Assembly (NCBI GenBank): GCA_964474435.1
Contig: CAYYSI010000001.1
Location: 62,647-126,646, forward strand
Reading direction: 5' to 3'
From: an uncultured Candidatus Saccharibacteria bacterium
GTDB taxonomy: Bacteria > Patescibacteriota > Minisyncoccia > Phycocordibacterales > UBA9973
DNA: 64,000 nt
Part shown: piece after piece, positions 1 to 9,489 of the stretch
How the letters are laid out: every line of letters begins with the position of its first letter
How positions within the stretch are numbered: the first letter of the stretch is position 1
Notes under the pieces: model-generated
Database searches by the model: none
Seen by the model: only the letters and a program-made list of their open reading frames with translations
Told to the model about the DNA's origin: nothing
Program-made: the position numbers and the translations under genes

Positions 1-1
1 A

Positions 2-298
2 GACAAGTCTACATTTGGTGAATTCATCCCAGATGACAAGATCCTTCGTCCTGACCAAGAAGCGTCACGTCGCATGCTGCAAGACGCGATCCGTGCAGTG
101 CTCGATGAAATCTCTCCTAAAGAAAAGCGAATTTTGGAAATGCGCTACGGACTCATCGATGGCGTGCAGCACACACTCGAAGAAGTAGGGAAGGAGTTTG
201 GTGTCACTCGTGAACGTATTCGACAAATCGAAGCCAAAGTTCACGAAAAGCTTCGCCAGAACGACAAGATCCAAAGACTCCGAAACTATTTTGATTAG
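2..298 (+). CDS. rpoD: RNA polymerase primary sigma-70 factor, C-terminal part (5' truncated by window)
   Basis: Region 4 HTH motif 'TLEEVGKEFGVTRERIRQIEAK'; frame open from window start. Confidence 0.93.
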   Translation, partial: DKSTFGEFIPDDKILRPDQEASRRMLQDAIRAVLDEISPKEKRILEMRYGLIDGVQHTLEEVGKEFGVTRERIRQIEAKVHEKLRQNDKIQRLRNYFD

Positions 299-324
299 TC
301 CGCCGAAGCAAAAGCGGAGGAGGA
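298..324 (+). repeat. Short REP-like palindromic repeat (CCGCCGAAGC-N4-GCGGAGG), copy 1
   Basis: 22/27 identical to the reverse complement of 48945-48971; directly follows the rpoD stop codon. Confidence 0.7.
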
Positions 325-340
325 TTAAATGAATACCTGT

Positions 341-368
341 AAAAAGCCTTTAGAAATAAGGGCTTTTT
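341..368. terminator. Intrinsic terminator after rpoD (bidirectional type)
   Basis: AAAAAGCCTTT...AAGGGCTTTTT hairpin with A and T tails. Confidence 0.75.
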
Positions 369-372
369 ATAT

Positions 373-401
373 TTGACATCCAGTATATTTCATGATATAG
401 T
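373..401 (+). promoter_or_regulatory. Sigma-70 promoter
   Basis: TTGACA-17 nt-TATAGT with upstream TG. Confidence 0.75.
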
Positions 402-416
402 ATAAAAAAATTAATC

Positions 417-791
417 ATGAAAAGAATGCTCATTAGTACACTCATATTACTTGTTATAACAAGTTGTGTACATAAATCTAATAAATTCAAAGACATTGCT
501 TCGGTAGTTTACGTTAAGGATTCCTTTGTTAAGAATGATGATCCACGAAATCGTGCAATACTAAGAATTACCGGAGTAGATTTTGATGATGATGGAGAAG
601 CAGATGCAACCGATTCATACTATGTAACAGGTATGTCTGAAACCATCAAAAGTATGGTTGCTGATGAATTTAAGATACTCCAATTAAGGGATTCGTCACA
701 TTTCAGTAAAATCTATGTCACAGTAGAGCCTACAAAGAATACCGATGTAGTTAGAATTACTGGTATTTATTACGTTCAAAGAAATTATTGA
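417..791 (+). CDS. AT-rich hypothetical putative lipoprotein
   Basis: Signal peptide with lipobox-like VITSC; DFDDDGEAD Ca-binding-like loop; own promoter and terminator. Confidence 0.7.
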   Translation: MKRMLISTLILLVITSCVHKSNKFKDIASVVYVKDSFVKNDDPRNRAILRITGVDFDDDGEADATDSYYVTGMSETIKSMVADEFKILQLRDSSHFSKIYVTVEPTKNTDVVRITGIYYVQRNY

Positions 792-795
792 AATT

Positions 796-823
796 AAAAA
801 GCCCCGACAATAATCGGGGCTTT
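796..823. terminator. Bidirectional terminator between convergent genes
   Basis: AAAGCCCCGA-caataa-TCGGGGCTTT. Confidence 0.8.
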
Positions 824-844
824 CGTATTTCTAATTTTCAGAAA

Positions 845-1582
845 CTATTTAAGAAGTGAATCAATATCAGCTTTCACATCGGCCAGTGGGTATGCACCTG
901 GGATGATGACTTGCTTGCCGGTCTTGAGGTTCACTGCGATAGAGAACGGTGTGCCTTGTGCGCCGATCTTGCCAGCTTCGGTGACGTCGGCTTTGACGCG
1001 GTCGCTTGCTGTGGTGCCTGCCATACATTTCTTGAATGCTGCACTGTCGATGCCTTGTGCCGTTGCAAAGGTTGTCAGTGTTTCGTTGCTTGTTGGGTCA
1101 GGATTCAATGTGACATTGATGATCTGGTCGAGGTATTTGTTAAACGCGTTGTTGCCACCGAGCTCTGCGACACATTCGAGTGCGACTGCTTCAGTTGTTG
1201 CATTTGGGTGGAGAGAGGCGAGTGGGAAGTAGCGGTAAATCCAAACTACTTTGCCTTTGTAGTCAGTCATGATCTGCTGCAGTGTTGGGTGGAACTTCAC
1301 GCAGAATGGACAGTCAGAGTCAGAGTATTCGATGATCGCAACTTGTGCGGTTGATACATCGCCACGGATGCGATCAGTCGGGCGGATGACTGCAACGTCA
1401 GCCGGGACACTGGTGATCTCTGCAGGTTGATCTCCTGTTGTGGGCTGAGTGTTAGTTGCAGCAGTCTTTGGTCCAAAGACAAAGATAAGAGCGAGAGCAA
1501 TGATAACTGCGGCACTAATGATCGCCGCCGGCAGGCTAATAGTATTCTTTTTTGTTGATGTGGTTGTGTTTTCTTGTTCCAT
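845..1582 (-). CDS. DsbA-family thiol-disulfide oxidoreductase, membrane anchored
   Basis: EYSDSDCPFC (CxxC), cis-Pro GTP motif, N-terminal TM; start MEQENT placed 7 nt after TATACT. Confidence 0.9.
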   Translation of the reverse strand: MEQENTTTSTKKNTISLPAAIISAAVIIALALIFVFGPKTAATNTQPTTGDQPAEITSVPADVAVIRPTDRIRGDVSTAQVAIIEYSDSDCPFCVKFHPTLQQIMTDYKGKVVWIYRYFPLASLHPNATTEAVALECVAELGGNNAFNKYLDQIINVTLNPDPTSNETLTTFATAQGIDSAAFKKCMAGTTASDRVKADVTEAGKIGAQGTPFSIAVNLKTGKQVIIPGAYPLADVKADIDSLLK

Positions 1583-1658
1583 AGACAACAGTATAGCGCA
1601 TGTATCCCAGGAATGAAAAAGCATTGAAAAAAAGGTCGAAAAATGCTATCGTGTCGGG

Positions 1659-2900
1659 ATGAATATCGCAGAAATAGCGACCTATGCTATCACCTTTTTA
1701 GCCCTGTATGTCCAGGTTTTTTTGTTTGTAACGTACCTCGAAAAGCGAAAGGCGCTCAAAAAAGAGGCGACTGACCCATTCATCCCAAGCCGGTACCCGA
1801 CCGTGGCTGTTGTGGTGCCATGTTGGAATGAAGGCACGACCGTGCATGGCACTATCGAGAGTCTCCTTGCGCTCGACTACCCAAAGGATAAGCTCCAGGT
1901 TATTGCTGTCGATGATGGAAGTACGGACAACACGTGGGATGAAATGCTCACCTACAAAGATCATCCGCAAGTCCAAATCCTCAAGAAAGAAAATGGCGGC
2001 AAGCACACCGCAGTAAACTACGGTATCGAAAATACGACGACTGAATTTGTCAGCTGTCTCGATGCTGACTCATTTGTCGCCCCGGACGCACTCAAACGTA
2101 TCATCACTATGTTTGAGAAAAATCCCGACATGATGGCAGTTGCACCATCGATCATTATCCATAGACCCAAGACCTTTATACAAAAAGTCCAAAAGGTCGA
2201 ATACAATATGGGTATCTATGTCAAAAAGATGCTTGCGTATCTCGGCGCGATTCACGTAACGCCTGGGCCATTTTCAGTATTTCGACGTGAAGTCTTTCAG
2301 AAGCTTGGAGGATTCCGCAAGGCGCACAATACCGAAGACATGGAGATCGCGTACCGCATGCAAGAAGCGCACATGCGCATCGGACATTGTCACACAGCGC
2401 ATATATTCACTGTTGCACCTTCGACTATTCCCAAACTTTTCAAGCAGCGCGTGCGATGGATTTATGGATTTATCCAAAATACACTCGACTACAAACGACT
2501 CGTCTTTCGTCGTTCATATGGCAATTTCTCCCTCTTTACACTGCCATCTGGTATCGTGTCGATCACTGCAACGGTTTATATTTTCTTTACCATTTTGTAC
2601 AACGTCATCGTCTGGATCGTCGAAAAGGTCGTGCAGTGGAGGACGGTTGGTTTGCATGGCAATGCCTTTGCTGTTAATCTAGATTGGTTCTATATCAATG
2701 TCCAAACGATTCTTTTTATCACCATTGCGCTCTACAGTATCATCGTCATCGCGACCATCCTTGGCAGCAAAATGGCGAAGGAAAACATGAATCCATTTTA
2801 TCTGGCGGCCTATGTAGTCACGTATAGTGTCATTGCGCCGTTTTGGCTCATGAAGGCAGTATGGAGCTCGCTCACGCGACACAAGCCAAGTTGGAGATAA
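1659..2900 (+). CDS. GT2 glycosyltransferase (cellulose synthase/PgaC-like)
   Basis: DDGSTD, DAD, TED and QRVRW motifs; flanking TM helices. Confidence 0.92.
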   Translation: MNIAEIATYAITFLALYVQVFLFVTYLEKRKALKKEATDPFIPSRYPTVAVVVPCWNEGTTVHGTIESLLALDYPKDKLQVIAVDDGSTDNTWDEMLTYKDHPQVQILKKENGGKHTAVNYGIENTTTEFVSCLDADSFVAPDALKRIITMFEKNPDMMAVAPSIIIHRPKTFIQKVQKVEYNMGIYVKKMLAYLGAIHVTPGPFSVFRREVFQKLGGFRKAHNTEDMEIAYRMQEAHMRIGHCHTAHIFTVAPSTIPKLFKQRVRWIYGFIQNTLDYKRLVFRRSYGNFSLFTLPSGIVSITATVYIFFTILYNVIVWIVEKVVQWRTVGLHGNAFAVNLDWFYINVQTILFITIALYSIIVIATILGSKMAKENMNPFYLAAYVVTYSVIAPFWLMKAVWSSLTRHKPSWR

Positions 2901-2907
2901 ACTCAGT

Positions 2908-3552
2908 ATGAAACATTCCACCAAATACATTCTTGCACTCATTTGTACTCTCGCGATCTTTGTAGTTGCGTGGTATACAAGTGACGCGCTCAACAAGAAA
3001 AAGTTTGCCGACCTCAAAGCGGCCCAAGACAAAATCTCGATCGACATTCTTTCATCAGAAACAGAATTTGACCTCCTCAAAGAAAGCACGTGTGACAACA
3101 GCGCAGCTTCAGTCTTTTCGCATGACCTCGCAACACTTGCCGACAAGATCAGCTACAGCGAACAAAACGTTGCAACCCCCGAAGAAATCAACAGCCTCAA
3201 AAAACAATACACCCTCCTTGAAGTCCGAGACTTTTTATTGACCAAGCGTGTGAGTGAGCGATGCAACCAAACACCTGTGAGTATCTTTTATTTCTACGGT
3301 ACCCAAGTCGGCTGTGCGGACTGTGTCAAACAAGGCTACATCCTCGACGCACTTCGCCAGGCACATCCAGAGGTGCGCGTGTATGCATTCGACTACAACC
3401 TCGATCTCTCGACCATCAAGGCACTGCGATCTATTTATAAAATAAGTGACAAACTCCCCGCACTCGTCATCAACGGCACGACATACCAAGGATTCCAGAC
3501 ATTTGATCAGTTGGAGGCATTGATTCCAAAGCAGGGAACTAAAGGCAAATAA
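2908..3552 (+). CDS. Membrane-anchored hypothetical protein with thioredoxin-like C-terminus
   Basis: N-terminal TM, CADC (CxxC), PALVING motif. Confidence 0.75.
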   Translation: MKHSTKYILALICTLAIFVVAWYTSDALNKKKFADLKAAQDKISIDILSSETEFDLLKESTCDNSAASVFSHDLATLADKISYSEQNVATPEEINSLKKQYTLLEVRDFLLTKRVSERCNQTPVSIFYFYGTQVGCADCVKQGYILDALRQAHPEVRVYAFDYNLDLSTIKALRSIYKISDKLPALVINGTTYQGFQTFDQLEALIPKQGTKGK

Positions 3553-3683
3553 AAAAACCGTCTCCAAAAAAGGCGACGGCTCCGGAGGCCTTTCAATCAA
3601 CCGTAAACGATGTATTTAAAGGCCTCCTTAAAACCAAAACTTGCGTTCTCCTCACATCATACAAAACGTCCAAATACTGTCAA
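3551..3683 (-). ncRNA. Candidate small non-coding transcription unit
   Basis: TTGACA(3678-3683)-16-TATGAT; 10-bp stem GGAGGCCTTT/AAAGGCCTCC; terminator with T7; no credible ORF. Confidence 0.4.
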
Positions 3684-3694
3684 ATAGGGGATAC

Positions 3695-3892
3695 TTGACA
3701 ATTTACTTTACATGTGCTAAAGTGTTATTGGTCTTGTTTGTGTCGGAAACCTCAAGAAAAAAACAGGCCCCCTTCACAATTTCTTAATTTGCCGTTATTA
3801 ACCTGGCAAAAACATCAATACCTATTAAATTCTGCGTTTTCACAGTTCCCCTCAACAAATTCTTCACCCCTGACTTGGTCAGGGGCTTTTTT
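3695..3892 (+). ncRNA. Candidate small non-coding transcription unit (or leader/attenuator)
   Basis: TTGACA-17-TAAAGT; terminator CCCCTGAC-ttg-GTCAGGGG-CTTTTTT at 3867-3892; no credible ORF. Confidence 0.35.
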
Positions 3893-3927
3893 ATTGCTAT
3901 TTCTGCCAAAAAGTATAGAGTTCGGGT

Positions 3928-4518
3928 ATGAAAAACTTTACCGGTGGTGATCGACGAGAAGGAGGGTTCCGAGGAGGTGATCGTGGTGGCAAACCGGGCT
4001 TCAAGAAGTCATGGGACAACAAAGGTGGCTTTGATCGCCCACAAGTGATGCACAAGGCAACCTGCAGTGAATGCGGCAAGCAGTGCGAAGTCCCATTTCG
4101 TCCGGACGGGTCCAAACCTATCTTTTGTAACGACTGCTTTAACAAAAAGCGCGACCCATCCGACACTCGCGGTTCTCGATCTGACTTTGCTCCCAAGCGA
4201 GACTTCAACGACCGTTTCGCTCCTCGTGCCGAATCTCGTGACTTCCGCTCCGATGCTCGCCCTGCATTCAAATCCACTCCCGACAACACCGGCAAACAAC
4301 TCTCCGAGATCTCAATGAAACTCGATCGACTTATTGCTGCAATGGAAAAGATGACCGCACCAGCATCTGCACCAAAGGCGGCAAAAGAAATCCCCGACCT
4401 GCCTGCGCAGCCAGGATCTGCGCTCATCAAAGTATCAAAGCCAAAGGCTGAGAAGAAAGCTGTTAAGAAAAAGGTGGTTGCGAAAAAGAAGAAATCGCTT
4501 TTAATAAGTAGTTCATGA
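3928..4518 (+). CDS. CxxC-x17-CxxC zinc-ribbon protein with G/R-rich N-terminus and Lys-rich tail
   Basis: CSECGKQCEVPFRPDGSKPIFCNDCF signature. Confidence 0.88.
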   Translation: MKNFTGGDRREGGFRGGDRGGKPGFKKSWDNKGGFDRPQVMHKATCSECGKQCEVPFRPDGSKPIFCNDCFNKKRDPSDTRGSRSDFAPKRDFNDRFAPRAESRDFRSDARPAFKSTPDNTGKQLSEISMKLDRLIAAMEKMTAPASAPKAAKEIPDLPAQPGSALIKVSKPKAEKKAVKKKVVAKKKKSLLISSS

Positions 4519-4581
4519 ATTAAATATTAAGTGATTAACTTTTAATTTGACTTAAAATAATTATAGGTATATAGTCTTTCT

Positions 4582-5715
4582 ATGGCTAAATACAAGTCAG
4601 GTATCTATAAGCAAAAGGAAGGTTATAAAAGCTTTTATCCATCCCAGGTAAATGGGGTATTTGAATGGACAGATAAGCGTATTGACGTGCTTCTTGCTGA
4701 TGCAATGCGATATCTTGGCGAGCTTAACGCATTTTCAAAATTGGTCCCTGATGTGGACTTTTTCATACAGATGCATATTGCAAAGGAAGCTACGACTTCG
4801 AGCAAGATAGAGGGCACGCAAACAAAACTTGATGAGGCACTTTTACCAGAGCTCGAAATTGACCCAGAAAAAAGAAATGACTGGGAAGAAGTTCAAAATT
4901 ATGTAAAAGCAATCAATTACTCCATTGCAGAGCTCAAAAAGCTTCCGCTCTCGATGCGGCTTGTAAAAGATACGCACAAAGTCCTCCTTTCAAGTGTGCG
5001 AGGATATACGAAACTACCCGGAGAGGTTCGCCGAAGTCAAAACTGGATTGGGGGCGCAACGCTCAGAGATGCAGTATTTATTCCTCCGCATCATGAAGAA
5101 GTGGCTGAGCTACTGAGTGATCTTGAGAAATTTTGGCACAATAAAGAAATTGATATTCCTGACTTGATCAAAATCGCGATTTCTCATTATCAATTTGAAA
5201 CGATCCACCCATTTCTCGATGGAAATGGCCGTATTGGTAGATTATTGATCACACTTCATCTCGTAAGTTTGGGAATTCTACAGAAACCTACACTCTATAT
5301 CTCTGACTTTTTTGAAAAACATCGCCCGCAATACTACGATGGTCTTTCGCGTGTCCGAGAAACAAATGATATCGAGCATTGGCTCCGTTTCTTTTTGACC
5401 GGAGTATTGGAAACTGCAAAAAATTCACGAGAAACATTGGAGAAAATCATCGACCTGCGCAAGAAATATGAAACTACTATCGAAAAAGGTATGGGTATCA
5501 AACGTCAAAAGCTGGGCAAAGAACTCTTGCGCCATCTTTTCTCCAAACCGATAGTGACGATCAGAGAAATAGAAGCAATGCTTTCTGTAACATTTCCCAC
5601 TGCCTCGGCAATCGCAAAAGACTTTGAAAGTTTGGGATTGTTTTCTGAAAAGACTGGGCTCAAAAAGGATCGAATCTTTTATTTAACAGACTATATCAAT
5701 CTCTTCAACAAATAA
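4582..5715 (+). CDS. Fic family protein (N-terminal domain + Fic + C-terminal wHTH)
   Basis: [12 protein letters not shown] motif; SSKIEG inhibitory-type motif. Confidence 0.93.
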   Translation: MAKYKSGIYKQKEGYKSFYPSQVNGVFEWTDKRIDVLLADAMRYLGELNAFSKLVPDVDFFIQMHIAKEATTSSKIEGTQTKLDEALLPELEIDPEKRNDWEEVQNYVKAINYSIAELKKLPLSMRLVKDTHKVLLSSVRGYTKLPGEVRRSQNWIGGATLRDAVFIPPHHEEVAELLSDLEKFWHNKEIDIPDLIKIAISHYQFETIHPFLDGNGRIGRLLITLHLVSLGILQKPTLYISDFFEKHRPQYYDGLSRVRETNDIEHWLRFFLTGVLETAKNSRETLEKIIDLRKKYETTIEKGMGIKRQKLGKELLRHLFSKPIVTIREIEAMLSVTFPTASAIAKDFESLGLFSEKTGLKKDRIFYLTDYINLFNK

Positions 5716-5716
5716 T

Positions 5717-7480
5717 ATGGAAAATTTAACTCAAAAAACTGCAATGGTCGCAATGATCTGGAACATAGCTGACATTCTCCGTGGAGGGTGGAAGCAGCAC
5801 GAGTACCAGGATGTCATACTTCCACTTGTTGTATTGAAGCGATTGGACGCTATTCTTGCCGATACAAAGGCAAATGTGTTGGAGAAAAATAATGAATATA
5901 AAGGAAAGATTAATGATCTTGATCCCATTCTCAAGAGAACAGCTAGGGCGCCTTTCTACAATACTTCGGAGTATGACTTCACAAACCTTTTGGGTGACCC
6001 GAAACATCTCGCAAAGAACTTCAAACGGTACATCAATGGATACAGCAAGAACATACAAGACATATTCGAAAAATTTGATTTCAATAAACAGCTCGAGCGT
6101 CTCGAAGGTGGTGATCTTTTGTTCTATGTTATCCAAGAGTTAAATAAAGTAGATCTGCACTCATCAAAGATAGACAATCATGAGATGGGACGCATATTCG
6201 AAGAACTTCTCCGTAAGTTTTCTGAAATGTCCAACGAAACTGCTGGAGAACACTACACGCCTCGCGATGTGATTAGTACGATGGTGGAGATCCTCCTTGC
6301 GCCTGATGCAAAGGATCTCAAGAAACCTCATGTTATCAAGAAAATATACGACCCTGCCTGTGGTACGGGTGGTATGCTTTCTGTTGCCAAAGATTACATT
6401 CTCGAACATATAAATCCAAAAGCAGATATCTTCCTCTATGGCCAAGAACTCAACTCGGTGACGTACGCGATGGCCAAGTCCGATATGTTGATCAAGGGGG
6501 ATGACCCTGACCTGATCCGCGGAGGAGAAAAAGACCATTCCAGGGCCAGTACGCTCGCTAATGATCAGTTTTTTGGGGAAGTATTCGACTACGGACTTTC
6601 AAACCCTCCATACGGTGTGGACTGGAAAAAAGACAAAGATGTGGTCGAACGTGAAGCGTCTCGCGGATACGCCGGGCGATTTGGTGCAGGTACCCCACGT
6701 ATCTCGGATGGACAACTGCTTTTCCTTCAGCATCTCGTCTCAAAAATGAAGCCAGAAGCCGATGGCGGCTCACGTCTTGCCATTGTCCACAACGGCTCAC
6801 CATTATTTACCGGCGATGCCGGGAGTGGTGAGAGTGAAATCCGTCGCTGGATCCTCGAGAAAGATCTGCTGGAGACGATTGTGGCATTACCTGACCAGCT
6901 CTTCTACAACACAGGGATCAACACCTATTTGTGGTACATCACCAACCGAAAGTCCAAAGAACGCAAAGGCAAGGTACAACTGATCGACGCGCGTGGATTC
7001 TTCAAGAAAACTCGCAAGAGTTTGGGTAGTAAACGTCAAGAAATCGACCCAGACTCAAAGAAAAAGATACGTGATCTCTATACCAACTTCGAAGAAAATG
7101 AACATTCAAAAATCTTTAAGACGACTGACTTTGCATACCGCCAGATTCAAGTCGAGCGTCCACTGATGGTAGATGGCAAAGTCTCAAAAAATAAAAAAGG
7201 AGAAATCGAGATAGATAAATCTCTTCGCGACTATGAAAACGTGCCATGGGGAACTGATGTCAATGAATACTTTGAGAAAGAAGTAAAACCCTATGTGCCT
7301 GATGCATGGATCAATACGTCAGTTGTCGATCACAAGGATGGTAAGGTAGGAGTGGTAGGATATGAAATTCCTTTTACTCGGTACTTCTACAAATACGAAG
7401 CACCGCGAAGTCTGGAGGCTATTGAGGGTAATATTGAAAAGGTTGAAAATGAATTATTGGAGCTTTTGAAGCAGTTGTAA
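5717..7480 (+). CDS. hsdM: Type I RM N6-adenine methyltransferase subunit
   Basis: GEHYTPR, YDPACGTGG (motif I), NPPY (motif IV). Confidence 0.95.
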   Translation: MENLTQKTAMVAMIWNIADILRGGWKQHEYQDVILPLVVLKRLDAILADTKANVLEKNNEYKGKINDLDPILKRTARAPFYNTSEYDFTNLLGDPKHLAKNFKRYINGYSKNIQDIFEKFDFNKQLERLEGGDLLFYVIQELNKVDLHSSKIDNHEMGRIFEELLRKFSEMSNETAGEHYTPRDVISTMVEILLAPDAKDLKKPHVIKKIYDPACGTGGMLSVAKDYILEHINPKADIFLYGQELNSVTYAMAKSDMLIKGDDPDLIRGGEKDHSRASTLANDQFFGEVFDYGLSNPPYGVDWKKDKDVVEREASRGYAGRFGAGTPRISDGQLLFLQHLVSKMKPEADGGSRLAIVHNGSPLFTGDAGSGESEIRRWILEKDLLETIVALPDQLFYNTGINTYLWYITNRKSKERKGKVQLIDARGFFKKTRKSLGSKRQEIDPDSKKKIRDLYTNFEENEHSKIFKTTDFAYRQIQVERPLMVDGKVSKNKKGEIEIDKSLRDYENVPWGTDVNEYFEKEVKPYVPDAWINTSVVDHKDGKVGVVGYEIPFTRYFYKYEAPRSLEAIEGNIEKVENELLELLKQL

Positions 7481-7484
7481 TCTT

Positions 7485-8189
7485 ATGTGCTACCATCATT
7501 TGCCCATAATTCTTATAGAAGGATCAGCAAGAGAGGGCTCACAATTTTGGGGTGCATTTTGGGGTGCGTTCTTAGCATTTATCTTTGGATTGATCGCTTA
7601 CCGGATTACTAAACGATGGGAGCGTTTCCTTCTTCATAAAAATTCATTGGCTAAAATGGAACGGGTTTTAAATAATCATTTGAATGAACTTGGTTTTATG
7701 GAATTTATTGTTAAGGATGCAAGAAAAAATTTAACAGAACGTAAGCTTACACCTGATAGAATATTGAAATTTGATATTCCGGAAGGGGTTGATATGGAAT
7801 TTGGTAGTCTGAGATTAGTAAATGATTTCATGGACTACAGAGCTACTGTTATTCGTTTTAACTATAACTCAAGATCACTAAATCATGTACTAGATCGATT
7901 TGATGAAATGTTACTAACAAACCCTACTCTTATTGCAGGTAATGCATCGTATGCAATAGAGATGCTTCAAAAATTTGAAGAAGACATACCAAAAGTTATT
8001 GAAAGCTTTAAGGAATTTCTAATGACTATTAGAATCTATATCCATAAAACCAGACAGGTAGAAAGCTTTTTCTATGGTGTTTCAAAAAATATATGGGAAT
8101 TTCAAATTACTGAAGAAGAATTAAAAAAGGAAAAGGAAAAATTTGAAACAGAAGTAAAAATGTTGCGCGAGAAAAGAGAGAAAAAATAA
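7485..8189 (+). CDS. AT-rich hypothetical protein with N-terminal TM helix, nested in hsd operon
   Basis: 234 aa ORF abutting hsdM and hsdS; FWGAFWGAFLAFIFGLIAY hydrophobic segment; start uncertain. Confidence 0.7.
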   Translation: MCYHHLPIILIEGSAREGSQFWGAFWGAFLAFIFGLIAYRITKRWERFLLHKNSLAKMERVLNNHLNELGFMEFIVKDARKNLTERKLTPDRILKFDIPEGVDMEFGSLRLVNDFMDYRATVIRFNYNSRSLNHVLDRFDEMLLTNPTLIAGNASYAIEMLQKFEEDIPKVIESFKEFLMTIRIYIHKTRQVESFFYGVSKNIWEFQITEEELKKEKEKFETEVKMLREKREKK

Positions 8190-8190
8190 T

Positions 8191-9489
8191 ATGCAAACAC
8201 TCAGACTAACAAAAAAATACAAAACCTATCCTGAATATAAAGATTCTGGAGTTGAGTGGCTAGGAAAGATTCCTAAAGAGTGGGAATCTCAAAAAATTGT
8301 ATCTGTGTTTGATTTTCCAAATCAGAAAGTTACAGAAACAACTCATGAGCCACTATCTGTCACATATGACGGCATAAAAAGACAGATTGAAAACGCTGCA
8401 AAAGTTGCAGAAGGTAGTCTTAGAAAACATGTAGAAATAGGAGATATAGTCATCAACGGACGCTCTGATAGAAAAGGCGCAGTAGGTATGTCTGAATATG
8501 ATGGGGGCGTGTCTCTTGTATACAATGTACTAAGGAAACGAAACAAAGAATTTGATTCAAAGTATTTCCATTACCTTTTCAGAAGTAAACTATTCTCAGA
8601 GGAGTTTTATCGCTGGGGGCGAGGTATCGTTGATGATCTTTGGACTACTCGCGAAAGCGAAATGAAGAGAATTTTTATTACTGTCCCGGAAATGACAGAT
8701 CAAACAAAAATCGCAAAATATCTCGACGAAAAAACATCACTTATTGACCAAACCATCTCAAAAAAACAAAAACTGATCGAGCTGCTGCGCGAGAAGCGGA
8801 TGGCGGTAATTAATCAGGCAGTGACAGAAGGTTTAAATCCGGATACTGAGATGATGGAGAGTGGTGTAGAGTGGATTGAGAAGATTCCTAAGGTGTGGAA
8901 GGTTCTACCTTTGAAGTATAATATTGAAATTCAAGAAGGGCCTGGAATCATGGCTGAGGATTTTAAAGAAATTGGAGTTCCTTTATTGAGAATTAAAAAT
9001 CTTAAAAACGGTTTTGTTGACCTGGAAGGTTCTAATTTCCTTGATCCTAAAAAAGTTCAAAGTAAATGGAATCATTTTAAATTACAACAAGGCGATCTGC
9101 TGATCAGCGGAAGTGCGTCTTCCGGCATAGTATCTGAAGTTACAGAAGAAGCTGTTGGTGCGATTGCATATACTGGACTAATTAGAATTTCTTCAAAAAC
9201 TCTACACAAACAATTTTTAAAAAATCTTCTAGATTCAAAATACTTTAACGAGCAAGTTGAGATACAAAAAGCGGGAACTGCAATGCAGCATTATGGACCT
9301 ACTCACCTAAAGAAAGTTGTTATCACTATTCCCTCATATGATGAACAAAAGAAGATTGCTTATTATCTTGATAAAAAGGTATCAGTTTTTAATGAAACCA
9401 TAGAGGTAATTGAGCAATCTGTTGAGTTATTACAAGAATTTAAATCGTCGCTCATTTCGAATGTGGTGACGGGAAAGGTTAAGGCATGA
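8191..9489 (+). CDS. hsdS: Type I RM specificity subunit
   Basis: Duplicated SGVEW(L/I)xKIP and Q-x-KIAxYLD conserved regions flanking two TRDs. Confidence 0.94.
   Translation: MQTLRLTKKYKTYPEYKDSGVEWLGKIPKEWESQKIVSVFDFPNQKVTETTHEPLSVTYDGIKRQIENAAKVAEGSLRKHVEIGDIVINGRSDRKGAVGMSEYDGGVSLVYNVLRKRNKEFDSKYFHYLFRSKLFSEEFYRWGRGIVDDLWTTRESEMKRIFITVPEMTDQTKIAKYLDEKTSLIDQTISKKQKLIELLREKRMAVINQAVTEGLNPDTEMMESGVEWIEKIPKVWKVLPLKYNIEIQEGPGIMAEDFKEIGVPLLRIKNLKNGFVDLEGSNFLDPKKVQSKWNHFKLQQGDLLISGSASSGIVSEVTEEAVGAIAYTGLIRISSKTLHKQFLKNLLDSKYFNEQVEIQKAGTAMQHYGPTHLKKVVITIPSYDEQKKIAYYLDKKVSVFNETIEVIEQSVELLQEFKSSLISNVVTGKVKA

Noticed and set aside
3714-3950. 78 aa ORF-track call
   Set aside because: It starts inside the -10 box and runs through a strong terminator
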